Shown here: in pieces, positions 62,656 to 64,000 of the stretch | How the letters are laid out: every line of letters begins with the position of its first letter | Position numbering within the stretch: position 1 is the first letter of the stretch | Program-made: the position numbers and the translations under genes | Notes under the pieces: generated by a model | Database searches by the model: none | Told to the model about the DNA's origin: nothing | Seen by the model: only the letters and a program-made list of their open reading frames with translations | Source of the DNA: Nemertoderma westbladi | Lineage: Eukaryota > Animalia > Xenacoelomorpha | NCBI GenBank assembly: GCA_032718475.1 | Contig: JAUCBJ010002656.1 | Span: forward strand, 1-64,000 | Length of the DNA stretch: 64,000 nt | Direction of reading: 5' to 3'

Positions 62656-63720
62656 GTGATGACTTTTGAACTAGAGAATCAACGAATTTTGAAGGAATTG
62701 GAAGGTTCGAAGAAGGAGTTGAGTGGGGACGAGAAGGACATTCGGATGATGCAACGAGAGCATGCGATGCGCATGATGGCGCTGCAACAGGAGATGGAGG
62801 TGCTCAAACAGGAGACAATGATACAGGATTTACGACGGGGATTGCGAAGCCCGGACCTGGACAAACAACGCGCGGCACCTGCCGTGCCACCATCCGGTGC
62901 TGAGCATGAAACGCCCCATCTGTACCAGTGGATGAACAAGTTCACAGGAACAGACCGTCTGGACCCGTCGCCGTACGATCCCGCTTCCGGATTCGTGATC
63001 TTCTACGATTTTCTCATTGGCATGGACCCGTTGTACCAGAATTCTCGACTGGTCGTGGGTTTGTACCACGGCGGCCAGCAGCTGGGCACCCCGATCGCGC
63101 TTCCGATTAAACCGCTATACCCCGGGATGACGGCTGCGGGGATCGTTTACTACGGCGTCGCTTCCGGAAGTTACGCGGTAATCGGAGCGAAACAACCGGT
63201 GCAGCGCTGCCGACCGAGTCCGGAGATGGCCCTGGTGGTTGAGGTCCAGGCGACTGGTTCCAACTCGGACCAGTCGCTCCGGACCATTGGATTCACCAAG
63301 ATACAACTGTTTGATGAAGAGAATCGAGTTATCAGCGGTCGTTGGAAGATTCCAGTTCGCGTGACGCCGGTTCGTCCAGAGATGACCTACCGCGATATGA
63401 ACACGGTACCACAGGTCGGAACCGCGGAGCTCCACTACAGAATATGCAACGCTCGGGACGCCGATGTTCAGTCGTCATTGCGTGTCTCGATTAATGAGGC
63501 TCCGATGTATCGTTACCCCCCGCAGACATTCCGACTGCCCCTCATGCTCCCCGCGCCCGCCCCGCCCCCACCACCCAGGGCCAGAACGCCCCCACCCGCA
63601 CCCAAACCAGATCCCAAACCGAATACCGATAACGTGGTCTATGTTCCTCTGGGTGGGAAAGATGGAATCCCTGGGCCCCCTAAGTTGGGTCCCCCATCCG
63701 CCTCCAGTGGAAAGTCGTAA
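62656..63720 (+). CDS. CCDC17: CCDC17-like protein, coding exon 2 (spliced product ~530 aa)
   Basis: Acceptor aacag|GTG in frame. YDPASGFVIFYDFL...KQPV...LFDEENRVISGRWKIPVR...PQVGTAELHYRICNARDADVQ matches my recollection of the conserved CCDC17 C-terminal domain. Confidence 0.85.
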   Translation: MMTFELENQRILKELEGSKKELSGDEKDIRMMQREHAMRMMALQQEMEVLKQETMIQDLRRGLRSPDLDKQRAAPAVPPSGAEHETPHLYQWMNKFTGTDRLDPSPYDPASGFVIFYDFLIGMDPLYQNSRLVVGLYHGGQQLGTPIALPIKPLYPGMTAAGIVYYGVASGSYAVIGAKQPVQRCRPSPEMALVVEVQATGSNSDQSLRTIGFTKIQLFDEENRVISGRWKIPVRVTPVRPEMTYRDMNTVPQVGTAELHYRICNARDADVQSSLRVSINEAPMYRYPPQTFRLPLMLPAPAPPPPPRARTPPPAPKPDPKPNTDNVVYVPLGGKDGIPGPPKLGPPSASSGKS

Positions 63721-64000
63721 ATACTTAAAAAAACGGTTTTAACAATCCCAAATCTAATCGTATCTAACACTAACATAACAACTAACCATCTTACTCTTAC
63801 AGTACTACACCTTATTATAGTACTGTATAACGATCTATATTATTATTCAACAATTTAAGCTATAAATAAATAAATTAGCTATAAATTACTAGTACATTAT
63901 GTTATACATTATGTACTTTAGTTAAACTCACGGGATTTACAAGTAGCCATCGAGTGCCCATGTTTAGCATGTCCAATTTAATCCCCTGAAAAAAATATAG

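Overview
Eukaryotic, AT-rich, most likely invertebrate-animal genomic DNA dominated by nested transposons and satellites; no prokaryotic operons, rRNA or CRISPR. From left to right: (1) the 5' half of an apparently intact BEL/Pao LTR retrotransposon (1-9887, minus; uninterrupted gag-protease-RT-RNaseH ORF of >2150 aa, 2.3 kb leader, 1.13 kb LTR); (2) an RTE-like fragment, an intronless ACSF2-like acyl-CoA synthetase, a decayed BEL remnant and a tRNA/Nin(Deu)-type SINE; (3) a LINE with intact EN-RT ORF2 and a 2.9 kb tandem duplication of its 5' region; (4) three small phase-1 exons (EGF, fibronectin type II, Pro/Thr linker) of a host gene whose introns hold three Helentron-associated (HINE/DINE-like) copies; (5) a foldback-like repeat; (6) the 3' half of a second BEL element of the same family plus a deletion derivative sharing its LTR; (7) a TTAA-type DNA element, an 8.2 kb 37-bp satellite, a MULE-like MITE, a 41-bp minisatellite and a two-exon CCDC17-like gene. 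The most interesting system is the BEL family's extra ~1400 aa ORF between integrase and the 3' LTR. It encodes a WRN/EXD/RNase D-like DEDDy 3'-5' exonuclease plus CCHC zinc knuckles and is preceded by a sense-strand-specific long RNA hairpin. The family's LTR also carries a stem-loop with compensatory changes. All family assignments come from motifs read by eye; no database search was run.
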